DNA of 23,060 nt from a virus (lineage: Duplodnaviria; Heunggongvirae; Uroviricota; Caudoviricetes): the IMG/VR virus record IMGVR_UViG_2690316115_000020, positions 1 through 23,060 of that record. One strand, written 5' to 3'. This document shows, in pieces, positions 1 through 8,798 of this stretch (position 1 is the stretch's first letter; each line of letters starts with the position of its first letter). A model generated the notes under the pieces. That model was not told where the DNA came from, did no database searches, and worked only from the letters and a program-made list of their open reading frames with translations. Both the position numbers and the translations under genes were made by a program.

Positions 1-1158
1 ATGCTCACCGTTAAGCAGATTGAAGCAGCAAAGCCGAAAGAAAAACCATACCGCCTTCTCGATGGTAATGGCCTGTACCTTTATGTCCCTGTGTCAGGGA
101 AAAAGGTATGGCAGCTTCGCTACAAGATTGACGGTAAGGAGAAAATACTGACCGTCGGAAAATATCCGCTTATGACTTTGCAAGAGGCAAGGGATAAAGC
201 ATGGGCTGCGAGGAAAGACATCTCGGTCGGCATCGATCCGGTAAAGGCGAAAAAGGCTTCGTCTAACAACAATTCCTTTAGTGCGATTTACAAGGAATGG
301 TACGAGCACAAGAAGCAAGTCTGGTCAGTAGGCTATGCAACTGAACTTGCCAAAATGTTTGACGACGACATTTTACCTATCATTGGCGGCCTTGAAATTC
401 AGGATATTGAGCCGATGCAACTGCTGGAAGTAATCCGCAGGTTTGAAGATCGCGGTGCAATGGAGCGAGCAAACAAAGCACGCAGAAGATGCGGCGAGGT
501 TTTCCGTTACGCTATTGTCACCGGAAGGGCTAAATATAACCCGGCACCTGACCTTGCTGACGCCATGAAGGGATACCGCAAGAAGAACTTCCCGTTTCTT
601 CCTGCAGACCAGATCCCGGCATTCAACAAAGCACTGGCAACATTTTCAGGAAGTATCGTATCGCTCATTGCCACCAAGGTTTTACGCTACACAGCCCTAA
701 GAACGAAAGAGCTTCGTTCCATGCAATGGAAGAACGTCGATTTTGAAAACAGGATTATCACCATCGACGCCAGTGTGATGAAGGGACGCAAAATTCATGT
801 GGTTCCTATGTCAGACCAGGTGGTTGAACTTCTCACTACGCTAAGCTCAATCACTAAACCAGTATCAGAGTTTGTTTTTGCCGGGCGCAACGATAAGAAG
901 AAGCCAATCTGCGAGAACGCGGTATTGCTTGTGATCAAACAAATCGGCTATGAGGGTCTGGAAAGCGGTCACGGATTCAGGCATGAATTCAGCACGATTA
1001 TGAACGAGCACGAATGGCCTGCTGATGCTATTGAAGTGCAACTGGCACATGCCAACGGCGGATCTGTGCGCGGAATTTACAACCATGCTCAGTATCTCGA
1101 TAAGCGCAGGGAGATGATGCAGTGGTGGGCGGACTGGATTGATGAAAAGCCGGAGTGA
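1..1158 (+). CDS. int: Phage integrase, tyrosine recombinase of the P4/IntS type
   Basis: 385-aa ORF beginning at window position 1 (MLTVKQIEAAKPKEKPYRLLDGNGLYLYV...), typical N-terminal arm-binding region of P4-family integrases. Catalytic-domain signature residues are present in order (..LRTKELRS.., ..HGFRHEF.., ..RGIYNHAQY). From memory it closely resembles E. coli CPS-53 IntS-type integrases. Confidence 0.9.
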   Translation: MLTVKQIEAAKPKEKPYRLLDGNGLYLYVPVSGKKVWQLRYKIDGKEKILTVGKYPLMTLQEARDKAWAARKDISVGIDPVKAKKASSNNNSFSAIYKEWYEHKKQVWSVGYATELAKMFDDDILPIIGGLEIQDIEPMQLLEVIRRFEDRGAMERANKARRRCGEVFRYAIVTGRAKYNPAPDLADAMKGYRKKNFPFLPADQIPAFNKALATFSGSIVSLIATKVLRYTALRTKELRSMQWKNVDFENRIITIDASVMKGRKIHVVPMSDQVVELLTTLSSITKPVSEFVFAGRNDKKKPICENAVLLVIKQIGYEGLESGHGFRHEFSTIMNEHEWPADAIEVQLAHANGGSVRGIYNHAQYLDKRREMMQWWADWIDEKPE

Positions 1159-1375
1159 TCCACCTTAACCACTATCGAAGAGCACAAAGCCTTGCAATCC
1201 AGTACAAAACTTTGTTTGTCTCATCAACCATAGCAAGTCATCGATCGATTGAGGCCTGGATGATAGACTTCATGCCTTTGATTATTAGCTGATAGAAGAA
1301 ATGTTAAAGCTATTTGCAATAGTACACCTCGATTGGTGTTATCAACACGCTAAAATGTTCTGAGATTAAGTCAAG

Positions 1376-2803
1376 ATGGAGTTAATTATGTTCAGAAATC
1401 AATATGCTATATCAGACGCTTCACTAAGTGGTAACATCAGTCCTGACATGGAATGGCACAGGATGAGCATATACCTAGGAGAGGGAGCAGAGGTTTTCGC
1501 TAATGACAATTGCATTATCATAGGTAAAGTCGTCAATAGCTGCGACCCTAGCATGTCCCCTAATGATATAGCAGACGCTGTATCATCATGCGACAGCATT
1601 GAAAGTGTTTTTGAACTGACTGATGGGATGGCAGGAAGATACATAATCGCTTTCATCATAAACTCAGAGGTATATATGCTGACTGATGCTTGCGGATTCA
1701 AAAGAGCTCTATTTATGAGGTATAATGGTGCAAAAATAATAACATCATCTGAAAATTACGCCGCTCACATATTTGGGTTTAACATTGTCATTAATGAAGA
1801 TATAAAAGATATGATGCGGGATGAATCCTACAGAAGAAAAGAAAGCCCATGGTTTGGTTTGACTTCTCCAGATGAAAGATTCAGTTATTTAATACCAAAT
1901 CACTACCTGTATATAGGTGATTTTTCGTTACATCGCATGCCCCCGCCAAAAATTGGTGGTGATGTAATTACCAGCGCATCATCAATGATAAAGAATACAA
2001 TTTTAGCACTTTCTGAAAGGTATAAGTTGATACAGCCTATAACGGCTGGCATTGACAGTAGGATTCTTCTTGCAGCATCTGAATCAGTTAAAGATAAAAT
2101 CGATTATTATGTATTTGGAGACGAAAACTCAAACCACGAAGACGTGTCCGTTCCTAAAGAGCTAGCAAAGATAGTTGGCGTAAATTTTAATGCAATCACC
2201 CCTCCGTCAGCACCAGATGAGTTCAAAAAGGAAATCGAAATGACAGTTCTTGGTGGTAGGGACTTGCCAAAAATAGATAATATATACTATCACTATAAAA
2301 ATTCTAACTTTGAAAAAGTAAACATCAATGGTAATGGCGCAGAGATATTCAGGTCGTATTATGGCGTGTCGATATTAGAGTTTAGCGCCAAGTCACTCTC
2401 TATACTTTCTGGAACTAAAAAATGGCCCATCATGGAAAGAAAGATTTATGATTGGCTAACCTTAACTGAAGCCAAAAGATTTTCTCAAGAGAACAATATA
2501 TCAATTACCGACCTTTTCTATTGGGAGCAAAGAATGGCAATATGGGGGTCTATGTTCCCTTTAGAGCAAGATATCGCAATGGATGAGGTGTCGCCATTCA
2601 GTAATAGAAAGCTAATTTTCACAATGCTGAGCGAATCTTCAAGCAAACGTAGATCACCAGACTTTAAATCGGCAACTTTGTTAATTAATTTTATGGATGA
2701 CAGATTAAATAAAGTGCCTGTAAATCCAAAATCATCAAACCATATTATAAACTTTATAAAGGCCCATACAATAACTCAGTTAATTGTTAAGAAAATAATC
2801 TAA
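1376..2803 (+). CDS. AT-rich cargo (moron) gene; soluble AsnB-family-like protein (class-II amidotransferase-like N-domain plus degenerate PP-loop synthetase domain), function unknown
   Basis: 475-aa ORF, visibly lower GC than flanking phage genes, with many AGA/AGG/ATA codons. The likely true start is the ATG at 1388 (GGAG 6 nt upstream, giving MFRNQ...). Motifs by eye, in AsnB order and spacing: GMAGRYIIAFIINSEVYMLTDACGFKRALFMRY..GAKIITSSE (res 84-126, cf. AsnB [37 protein letters not shown]); LIQPITAGIDSRILLAAS (res 218-234, PP-loop-like, cf. LLSGGLDSS); KELAKIVGVNFNAI (cf. QEVANHLGTVHHEI); NGNGAEIFRSYYG (res 318-330, cf. SGEGSDEVFGGY). No hydrophobic transmembrane segments are evident. 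Confidence that it is a real gene is high; the family assignment is moderate and not search-verified. Confidence 0.7.
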   Translation: MELIMFRNQYAISDASLSGNISPDMEWHRMSIYLGEGAEVFANDNCIIIGKVVNSCDPSMSPNDIADAVSSCDSIESVFELTDGMAGRYIIAFIINSEVYMLTDACGFKRALFMRYNGAKIITSSENYAAHIFGFNIVINEDIKDMMRDESYRRKESPWFGLTSPDERFSYLIPNHYLYIGDFSLHRMPPPKIGGDVITSASSMIKNTILALSERYKLIQPITAGIDSRILLAASESVKDKIDYYVFGDENSNHEDVSVPKELAKIVGVNFNAITPPSAPDEFKKEIEMTVLGGRDLPKIDNIYYHYKNSNFEKVNINGNGAEIFRSYYGVSILEFSAKSLSILSGTKKWPIMERKIYDWLTLTEAKRFSQENNISITDLFYWEQRMAIWGSMFPLEQDIAMDEVSPFSNRKLIFTMLSESSSKRRSPDFKSATLLINFMDDRLNKVPVNPKSSNHIINFIKAHTITQLIVKKII

Positions 2804-2814
2804 ATTTTAAATTT

Positions 2815-2847
2815 ATCAATATCGGGGAATGCAAACCCGATATTGAT
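2815..2847. terminator. Bidirectional intrinsic-terminator-like hairpin between the convergent cargo gene and tailspike gene
   Basis: Perfect 12-bp inverted repeat ATCAATATCGGG (2815-2826) / CCCGATATTGAT (2836-2847) with a 9-nt loop GAATGCAAA. It lies 12 nt after the cargo stop and 25 nt after the tailspike stop, with T/A-rich flanks on both sides. Confidence 0.6.
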
Positions 2848-2871
2848 TTAGATTGCGTTATTGATATGCAT

Positions 2872-5403
2872 TTAAATTATTGATAGCGTTCTGATTTCAT
2901 TTCCGGCCGGTGATGTCATAACTATCTGTGTTACGTTAGCGCCGGACACCGTATACGTCAGAATTATGTTACCAGCGGTTCCTATATTAAAGTTTTGTTT
3001 AGCACCTGATGAACCTATAGCTTTGGCATTCGTTAAAGTATACGTATTACCTGAGGTAAATCCTGTAGAAATTACAAATTGTTGCCCAACTTTAAAAGGA
3101 ACTGTCATTGTTACGGATGTTGACTCGACAGTGATAAACGGCAGGCTATGCTGTTTAACTCCCGTCACATCCCAGAACTCACAATTACGCACCAATGCTC
3201 GACCAATTAAACCGCGAGTTACAGGGAATGTTGTCTGGTCCTGTGATAAGAATGCTCCAACAATTTGCACGTTATCGAGCGTAATATCGTGTACTGTGGC
3301 CCCATCTATAGGACTTAACGTTGGTGATGCACTCCATAATTTACCACCCTTCATTTTGATACTCACAGGACCATTTGGGTCTCCACCATAATATGCACGG
3401 ATACGCTCAAATTTACAATCTGTGAGTTCATAGCTGCCGCGTTGATTGGTTTCGAACATTGTGTAAGCCTCGCCAGGCACGCCATGTCTAACATTGCTGG
3501 CAACAACACGGGGGTTATGTCGGAACGATGCCGACGTAACAGAGAAAACCGGCGCGCAGACATCATTGATGAGAATGTCCGTGGTATAACGCCCTGTAAC
3601 AGCGTTCTCAGAGTTACTCATATCCGAATATAGCGCTTTAAAGCGGGAGAAGTCTATGTTAAGCCCAACCCCTGCGCTTTTCGGGAGGGAGCCAAAATCA
3701 AGCCCGTCAATAACAATTTTCTTCGGAAAGTAAAGAACATTGTCGCGGCTAACTGTGATCAAAGTTCCTGGGTAAGTCACTGCGACGCCGGGGTACATTT
3801 TAATATCTTTCAGGGTGATATTATTAAATAGCGTAGGGCTTATAGGCGATCCGCTACTAGGCCCCTGCCCAGCAGTGACGGAGGCATTGATAATGCCGTT
3901 ACCCGGAACGTCGTTGCGCAAACCAGTTAGCTTTATATTCTCCATGTATAAATCACCATCGAAGAATCCCCCAGCGTCAGGGCGAGTCGCAATAATATTA
4001 CCAGGCTTATATGGTGAAGCGTTAAATGTTGAATTGGTTACGTACAAATCTCCGATACCAGAAGCGAGGACACCATAAACCCCAATATTACAGTCATTTA
4101 TCTTTAAGTAGTTTTGGAAGGGCCTGTGGAAATCAATTCGACTAAGATCACATCTTTCAAACCTTATATTGGCGCAATTATTGCTGCCTGTCGCCCCCCA
4201 ACCTTGACCATTTGCCGTTGCGTTTTTGATAGTAACATTCATCGATTCGCCTAGCCCGATGGCGTATGCGTAGCTATCAACACCATCTATTAAGGCGTTT
4301 GCTATGGCTGGCGTGTATAAACCATCCACTATAACATCATAGCTGTCGTGAATTTCTAACCGGGTATCATTAAAGTTTTGCGTTATCGGTCTGTTAATAA
4401 ATGACGTATTAATCAGACGAACTCTTGTTGCCTGATTAATAAAAATAATGCGATACCTTGTAGTAAGGCTCTCATCTATAGTCAACCCCTTAATGGTCTG
4501 CACATCTTTGCGAATTTTAAGTGCTTTAATAGATGTTGCGTTAGTTCCCAGGGCGTACTTAAGCGGGTTTTCAATGTATCCACGGTTATATACCCTGTTG
4601 AAATCTACGCGAGTTTGATTAACGCCATCGAAAATAAACATCGGTTGAGATGTTGATAACTGAATGAAGCAGCCGTCAAGGTCGGTGTTAGAAGCCAAAC
4701 CGTCAAGATAGTTGCTGCCTATTCCGCGAGAGTTACGAGTGGACGCATTAACACCATTAACCGGGGCCGAACCTGCCTCATAGGTTACAGGAGCGTCAGG
4801 CTGGCTAATAACAATCTGACCTGTCCACGTAGCGGATGGCTTGAGGACAGAACCAGTTAAATCCACATTTAAACTTTTAATATCAAGATAAGTATCACCA
4901 TCTAGTAGAAAAGTTCCGTCAGATTGCCTAACGTCTAAATTATTTGAATAAGCATAGTTCAGTGCCTTAGCTATGGCGGGAGCGTCATTTGTTACTCCAT
5001 CACCAATAGCGCCAAACTCCTTCAACGTTACCCAGTATTTTACTTTCTCCAAGCTCTTTTGATACTGATCCGGGTCGTACTTCAGCACATTAGGAAAATA
5101 GAACTGCTGTGATCCATATGCATCATAAACAGCCATAGAGTGGCCTTGCACAGTTACGAACTTGGCAATCTGTCCGTTATATACCGGATATCCGGCGGCG
5201 TTAATGATGATTGGTTGCGAAACAGGAACGTGAGAACCGTCTTCGTTCTCTACATAAACCGGAATCTGGTTTTCAGGATTTACCGGGTCAGTGTCAATTT
5301 TACCGATATAAATTTTGCCATTGGCAACCGCTTTAAAAGAACGCGCCATAGTGAAGAGTTGCGAAGGCATACTCACTACAACATTGGCTGTAATGTCTGT
5401 CAT
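2872..5403 (-). CDS. Tailspike protein: P22-type head-binding N-terminal domain fused to a long, divergent beta-helix-like receptor-binding/depolymerase domain
   Basis: 843-aa ORF. The N-terminal ~115 aa ([59 protein letters not shown]...[10 protein letters not shown]) matches the P22 gp9 head-binding domain as I recall it. The remainder is unrelated to P22 gp9 and carries a pectate-lyase-like motif [20 protein letters not shown] near its start. GGAG Shine-Dalgarno 8 nt upstream of the ATG. Confidence 0.9.
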   Translation of the reverse strand: MTDITANVVVSMPSQLFTMARSFKAVANGKIYIGKIDTDPVNPENQIPVYVENEDGSHVPVSQPIIINAAGYPVYNGQIAKFVTVQGHSMAVYDAYGSQQFYFPNVLKYDPDQYQKSLEKVKYWVTLKEFGAIGDGVTNDAPAIAKALNYAYSNNLDVRQSDGTFLLDGDTYLDIKSLNVDLTGSVLKPSATWTGQIVISQPDAPVTYEAGSAPVNGVNASTRNSRGIGSNYLDGLASNTDLDGCFIQLSTSQPMFIFDGVNQTRVDFNRVYNRGYIENPLKYALGTNATSIKALKIRKDVQTIKGLTIDESLTTRYRIIFINQATRVRLINTSFINRPITQNFNDTRLEIHDSYDVIVDGLYTPAIANALIDGVDSYAYAIGLGESMNVTIKNATANGQGWGATGSNNCANIRFERCDLSRIDFHRPFQNYLKINDCNIGVYGVLASGIGDLYVTNSTFNASPYKPGNIIATRPDAGGFFDGDLYMENIKLTGLRNDVPGNGIINASVTAGQGPSSGSPISPTLFNNITLKDIKMYPGVAVTYPGTLITVSRDNVLYFPKKIVIDGLDFGSLPKSAGVGLNIDFSRFKALYSDMSNSENAVTGRYTTDILINDVCAPVFSVTSASFRHNPRVVASNVRHGVPGEAYTMFETNQRGSYELTDCKFERIRAYYGGDPNGPVSIKMKGGKLWSASPTLSPIDGATVHDITLDNVQIVGAFLSQDQTTFPVTRGLIGRALVRNCEFWDVTGVKQHSLPFITVESTSVTMTVPFKVGQQFVISTGFTSGNTYTLTNAKAIGSSGAKQNFNIGTAGNIILTYTVSGANVTQIVMTSPAGNEIRTLSII

Positions 5404-5461
5404 TTAATTTGCTCCAGATACAAGGAATCGCCGCAGCATGGCTACGGTGAATTTTGGGCAT

Positions 5462-5485
5462 AAAAAAACCCAGCCGAAGCTGGGT
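5462..5485 (-). terminator. Rho-independent terminator between ejection-protein gene (gp16) and tailspike gene
   Basis: On the minus strand: ACCCAGC-TTCG-GCTGGGT hairpin (7-bp GC-rich stem, 4-nt loop; plus coordinates 5468-5485) followed immediately by a run of 6-7 T (plus-strand A-run 5462-5467). Confidence 0.65.
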
Positions 5486-5535
5486 CGTTGCGTTGGTTAT
5501 CTGTAAGTAGTTATGTGCTTAGTTAATTATTTATT

Positions 5536-7380
5536 CTATTGTTCTGCTGTAATTTGGCTTGCAAGTATAGGGCGTATCGCATTTGCAGCATTATTTAGCG
5601 CTCTTTCATAGGCTGGTGTTCCAAGCTTAGTGTTTGCCAAACGAAGAAGCATATTCCTTGCGGCTTTGGACTCATACAAACGCATCATTGCACCGAAACC
5701 AGCCTCAAGCCCCATTGATACGCCAAGAGTCGCAGTTGCGCCAATCGTCCTTATCCTGTTGGCTTGCGATTGCCCCGTCTGAGTTACTACATTTGCGGTG
5801 TCTGACCTTGCTGTTTGCTGTAGAACTTCATGAAGAGCATCAAGCTCTTTCATGTGCTTTCCAGAAAAAATAGTGTTGTAAATTTCACCACCCGACTGAG
5901 ATTTCAGCTTATTAACTTCAGTGATGAACCTGGCTGGAGAGTCACCGGCCTTTTCCGCTATTTTGCTGACGTAAGCTGCACGCATAGCATCTTTCCCTTT
6001 ATCATCCAATGCGCTCCAGATTCGTTTCACGTCAGATGGTTTTCTGCTTAATACAACGGTATTTATAAGTTCAGGACTGGCTTCACTGCTTGCCTGGTTG
6101 AGCTTGTTAGCAATGTTTTTATTAAGCACCTTATTATAAACATTTGCATAATCGGAATTTGCTTTAAGGTATTTTGCTGCGTCTGATGCACCGAGGTTTT
6201 TTGCAACTGCGTTACGAAGGTCTTTTGACATTGCATTCTCTACCATATTGGTAGCTGCTTTTGCCTGGTTGGGGAAGACCATAGCATCTCCCTGAACATT
6301 AGATCTAAATGCTGTTCTGTGCTGACGCAAGAGATCAAACGTAACATCCAAATCAGTTGCAGGGTTTGCTAATTCTTCACGTAGGTTACGCAAGGATGTA
6401 AGCAGGCTTTGATTGGCAGACGTCCCGAGCCGTTCCTGTCTTGCGATCGCTGTATTCAGAGCATTCATGGTATTTGTGGTATCAACTGCGGCATTACCCA
6501 TTTTATTGGTGACGTCATTGATAACAGCGCCAGCAGCATCCTTCCGTTCCCTTAACGTGGTGGTCAGAGATTTCACCACATCATCCGGGTTGTACTCACC
6601 AAAACGCTCAAAATAATTACTTACCAACTTACTCCGCGTTGCATATTGCTCTGCCCTTTTACTGCCAGTTCCAAGAATGGCCCCCTCAGCATCCTGAGTA
6701 AGACCACGAGTGAAAGCATTTTTCGGCGGGATAACATCAGATGTCATTGGTGTCACGCCCATCGATTCTGATGTGGCAATTTTCTTCGCCACTTCTGGCG
6801 CAATATCACCTTTTATAGCCGTTATTCCACGCCCTATTCCCTTTGCTGCTGCGGAAAGAACCCCCTGAGCGGCAAGGTTAACTCCGGCATTTTTGGCTGC
6901 ATTTTGTGCGAAATCGCCTTTCTGATTTGCGGCCTCTGCCAGTGATCCAATAGCCATGCTTCCTGCCATTCCAACTCCTGGAACTAAATACCCGCCAATT
7001 GTTTCTCCAGCTTGCGCATAAGGGTCTGTCGGTCGATAGACTGGACGATAGACATCATCCAAAACCTTGGGACCACCAAGCCCCTGACTGATTGCATTAA
7101 TCAGGCTTGCACCACCCTGTAACACGTCAAATGGTATGTTTACCAGACCACGACCAGCCTGTTCTGCAATTTGCCCTGCACTTTGACCACCAGTGAGCCA
7201 ATCGCCAGCTTGTTGCATCAATGATGGTTCTTCCCGTGTTGGTGCATTATTGGCCTGATTAACTGTTTGTTGCTGAACAGCCTGACCAGCAAAATACTCA
7301 TCAATGGCGGTGCCAATATCTTCGGTGCTCGTACTATCAGGAAAGGTAAATGTCTTACCGTTTGCAGTTACTTTCATCAT
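5536..7380 (-). CDS. Ejection (injection) protein, P22 gp16 homolog
   Basis: 614 aa; N-terminus [33 protein letters not shown] matches P22 gp16 as recalled. Size (P22 gp16 about 609 aa) and position (last ejection gene before the tailspike) fit. Confidence 0.85.
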   Translation of the reverse strand: MMKVTANGKTFTFPDSTSTEDIGTAIDEYFAGQAVQQQTVNQANNAPTREEPSLMQQAGDWLTGGQSAGQIAEQAGRGLVNIPFDVLQGGASLINAISQGLGGPKVLDDVYRPVYRPTDPYAQAGETIGGYLVPGVGMAGSMAIGSLAEAANQKGDFAQNAAKNAGVNLAAQGVLSAAAKGIGRGITAIKGDIAPEVAKKIATSESMGVTPMTSDVIPPKNAFTRGLTQDAEGAILGTGSKRAEQYATRSKLVSNYFERFGEYNPDDVVKSLTTTLRERKDAAGAVINDVTNKMGNAAVDTTNTMNALNTAIARQERLGTSANQSLLTSLRNLREELANPATDLDVTFDLLRQHRTAFRSNVQGDAMVFPNQAKAATNMVENAMSKDLRNAVAKNLGASDAAKYLKANSDYANVYNKVLNKNIANKLNQASSEASPELINTVVLSRKPSDVKRIWSALDDKGKDAMRAAYVSKIAEKAGDSPARFITEVNKLKSQSGGEIYNTIFSGKHMKELDALHEVLQQTARSDTANVVTQTGQSQANRIRTIGATATLGVSMGLEAGFGAMMRLYESKAARNMLLRLANTKLGTPAYERALNNAANAIRPILASQITAEQ

Positions 7381-8789
7381 TCCACCGTAAATTGAATGCC
7401 TGATTTTGAGGTATATGATCCAACCTGATTCCGTGGTTCTCCTGAAGGTGTCGAATCTTGTGCTGGCGCTGCGTCAGTATTCAATGACATATACCGCTTA
7501 ACGGCACTCCCCAATGATTCACCTTTTTTAACATCCAACCCCAATATCTGACCGCCATTACGCGATTGTCCAGGGTTGCCATTCGCGCTCATCCACTCGG
7601 CTTTAAACTCATTAAACTGCGCGTTTCGTCGCTCAAGGTTTGCCATTGCATCAAGCCATCTTGCGACCGTCTCAGGGTTATCCATGTCAGTTGGCGCGCC
7701 CTGTCGAACGATCTCAACGTCTTTATCCGTTGCGGGGCCTGGAGGTAGGAATTTAAGAACCTGACTGTTAACAAGGGCATTTTGGCGGATGCGCAAATCA
7801 CGCAATGTTGTATCGCTTCCGGTAAGTTTTGCGAACATGTTCTGTGCGTTACCGAACAAACCTGTCGTTGGTTTTTCTGCTCTGAACTGTTGAGCAAGCG
7901 CACTCATAGAATTGGCTGAGTTTGATGATGCTGTAGCATTGTTTACAGCCGTCTCGATGCCTTTTTCCATGTTTACTGACAGCTTAGGTGCTTCGCTAAT
8001 CAACTGCTGAGCCTTTTCCTGCGCTTGCTGCATCTTAAACCCGAACTCTTGCTGATCCAGAGCCAAGCGTTGTGCTGCGATATTGTGCCCAGTCATTGCT
8101 GACTGATAGGAAAGGTTTTGCCCTCTCGCCTGAAGTGCTTCTCCAGCCTGATTGCTGCGGATTGTCTCTGCCAGCCTGCCTCGGTCAATTTCACGACCAG
8201 CCATCTTGTCCTGAACATTGAAGTAATCAATCGGACCAAGAGCAGCCATTCCAAGGTGATCAACAAACTCACCAAATCCTGAAGGGTTCTGCTGATACAT
8301 CTGAGCAACGCTGTTAGGGTCAACACCGACGCGCGCCAGCTCATTGGCGTTGTTTTGCAGCCATGATTGCATTGCTTCTGGAGACGAGGCCGCAAGGCGT
8401 GCGCCAGCCGCTAAGGTGCCGATAGAATTGCGCTGGTCTTCGTCTGCCCACTTCATACCAGACTGAATCTTCTCTAATTGACCAGGATATTTGGTCATCA
8501 GATCTCGCACCTGCTGCCGATCACCTGACTGGATGGCTGCCGCATATTCTTTTTGGAATGCAGCATCCGCTTCCTGTTGCTTTGCGGCTTGATATGTTTG
8601 AGCGACACTACCAAGCCCCTGCAACGCCTGAAGGCCGATGTTATTGCGACCTGAGCGCTCCATTTCGTTGTTCTGGCGAATATAGGCCAACGCCTCACTT
8701 ACATCACTTGCCTTTGGCGCATTTGAGTTTTGCCCACCGATACCAGCAAGAAAACCGCCTGAGTTGATTCCTTGTTGCCAAGTAGCCAT
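7377..8789 (-). CDS. Ejection protein, P22 gp20 homolog
   Basis: 470 aa (P22 gp20 about 471 aa). Sits between the gp7-like and gp16-like genes. Stop overlaps the gp16 start by 4 nt, suggesting translational coupling. Confidence 0.8.
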   Translation of the reverse strand: MATWQQGINSGGFLAGIGGQNSNAPKASDVSEALAYIRQNNEMERSGRNNIGLQALQGLGSVAQTYQAAKQQEADAAFQKEYAAAIQSGDRQQVRDLMTKYPGQLEKIQSGMKWADEDQRNSIGTLAAGARLAASSPEAMQSWLQNNANELARVGVDPNSVAQMYQQNPSGFGEFVDHLGMAALGPIDYFNVQDKMAGREIDRGRLAETIRSNQAGEALQARGQNLSYQSAMTGHNIAAQRLALDQQEFGFKMQQAQEKAQQLISEAPKLSVNMEKGIETAVNNATASSNSANSMSALAQQFRAEKPTTGLFGNAQNMFAKLTGSDTTLRDLRIRQNALVNSQVLKFLPPGPATDKDVEIVRQGAPTDMDNPETVARWLDAMANLERRNAQFNEFKAEWMSANGNPGQSRNGGQILGLDVKKGESLGSAVKRYMSLNTDAAPAQDSTPSGEPRNQVGSYTSKSGIQFTVE

Positions 8790-8798
8790 ATTCCCACC

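Noticed and set aside
1159-1375. Possible attP core or tRNA fragment between int and the cargo gene
   Set aside because: P4/IntS-type integrases have their att/tRNA immediately upstream of int, not downstream; no tRNA-like cloverleaf or repeat seen by eye.
2966-3391. 141-aa plus-strand ORF inside the tailspike gene (and similar antisense ORFs at 3363-3566, 3442-3633, 3815-4078, 5140-5463)
   Set aside because: Entirely antisense to a well-supported long CDS, with no RBS context and no recognisable motifs; typical spurious ORFs.
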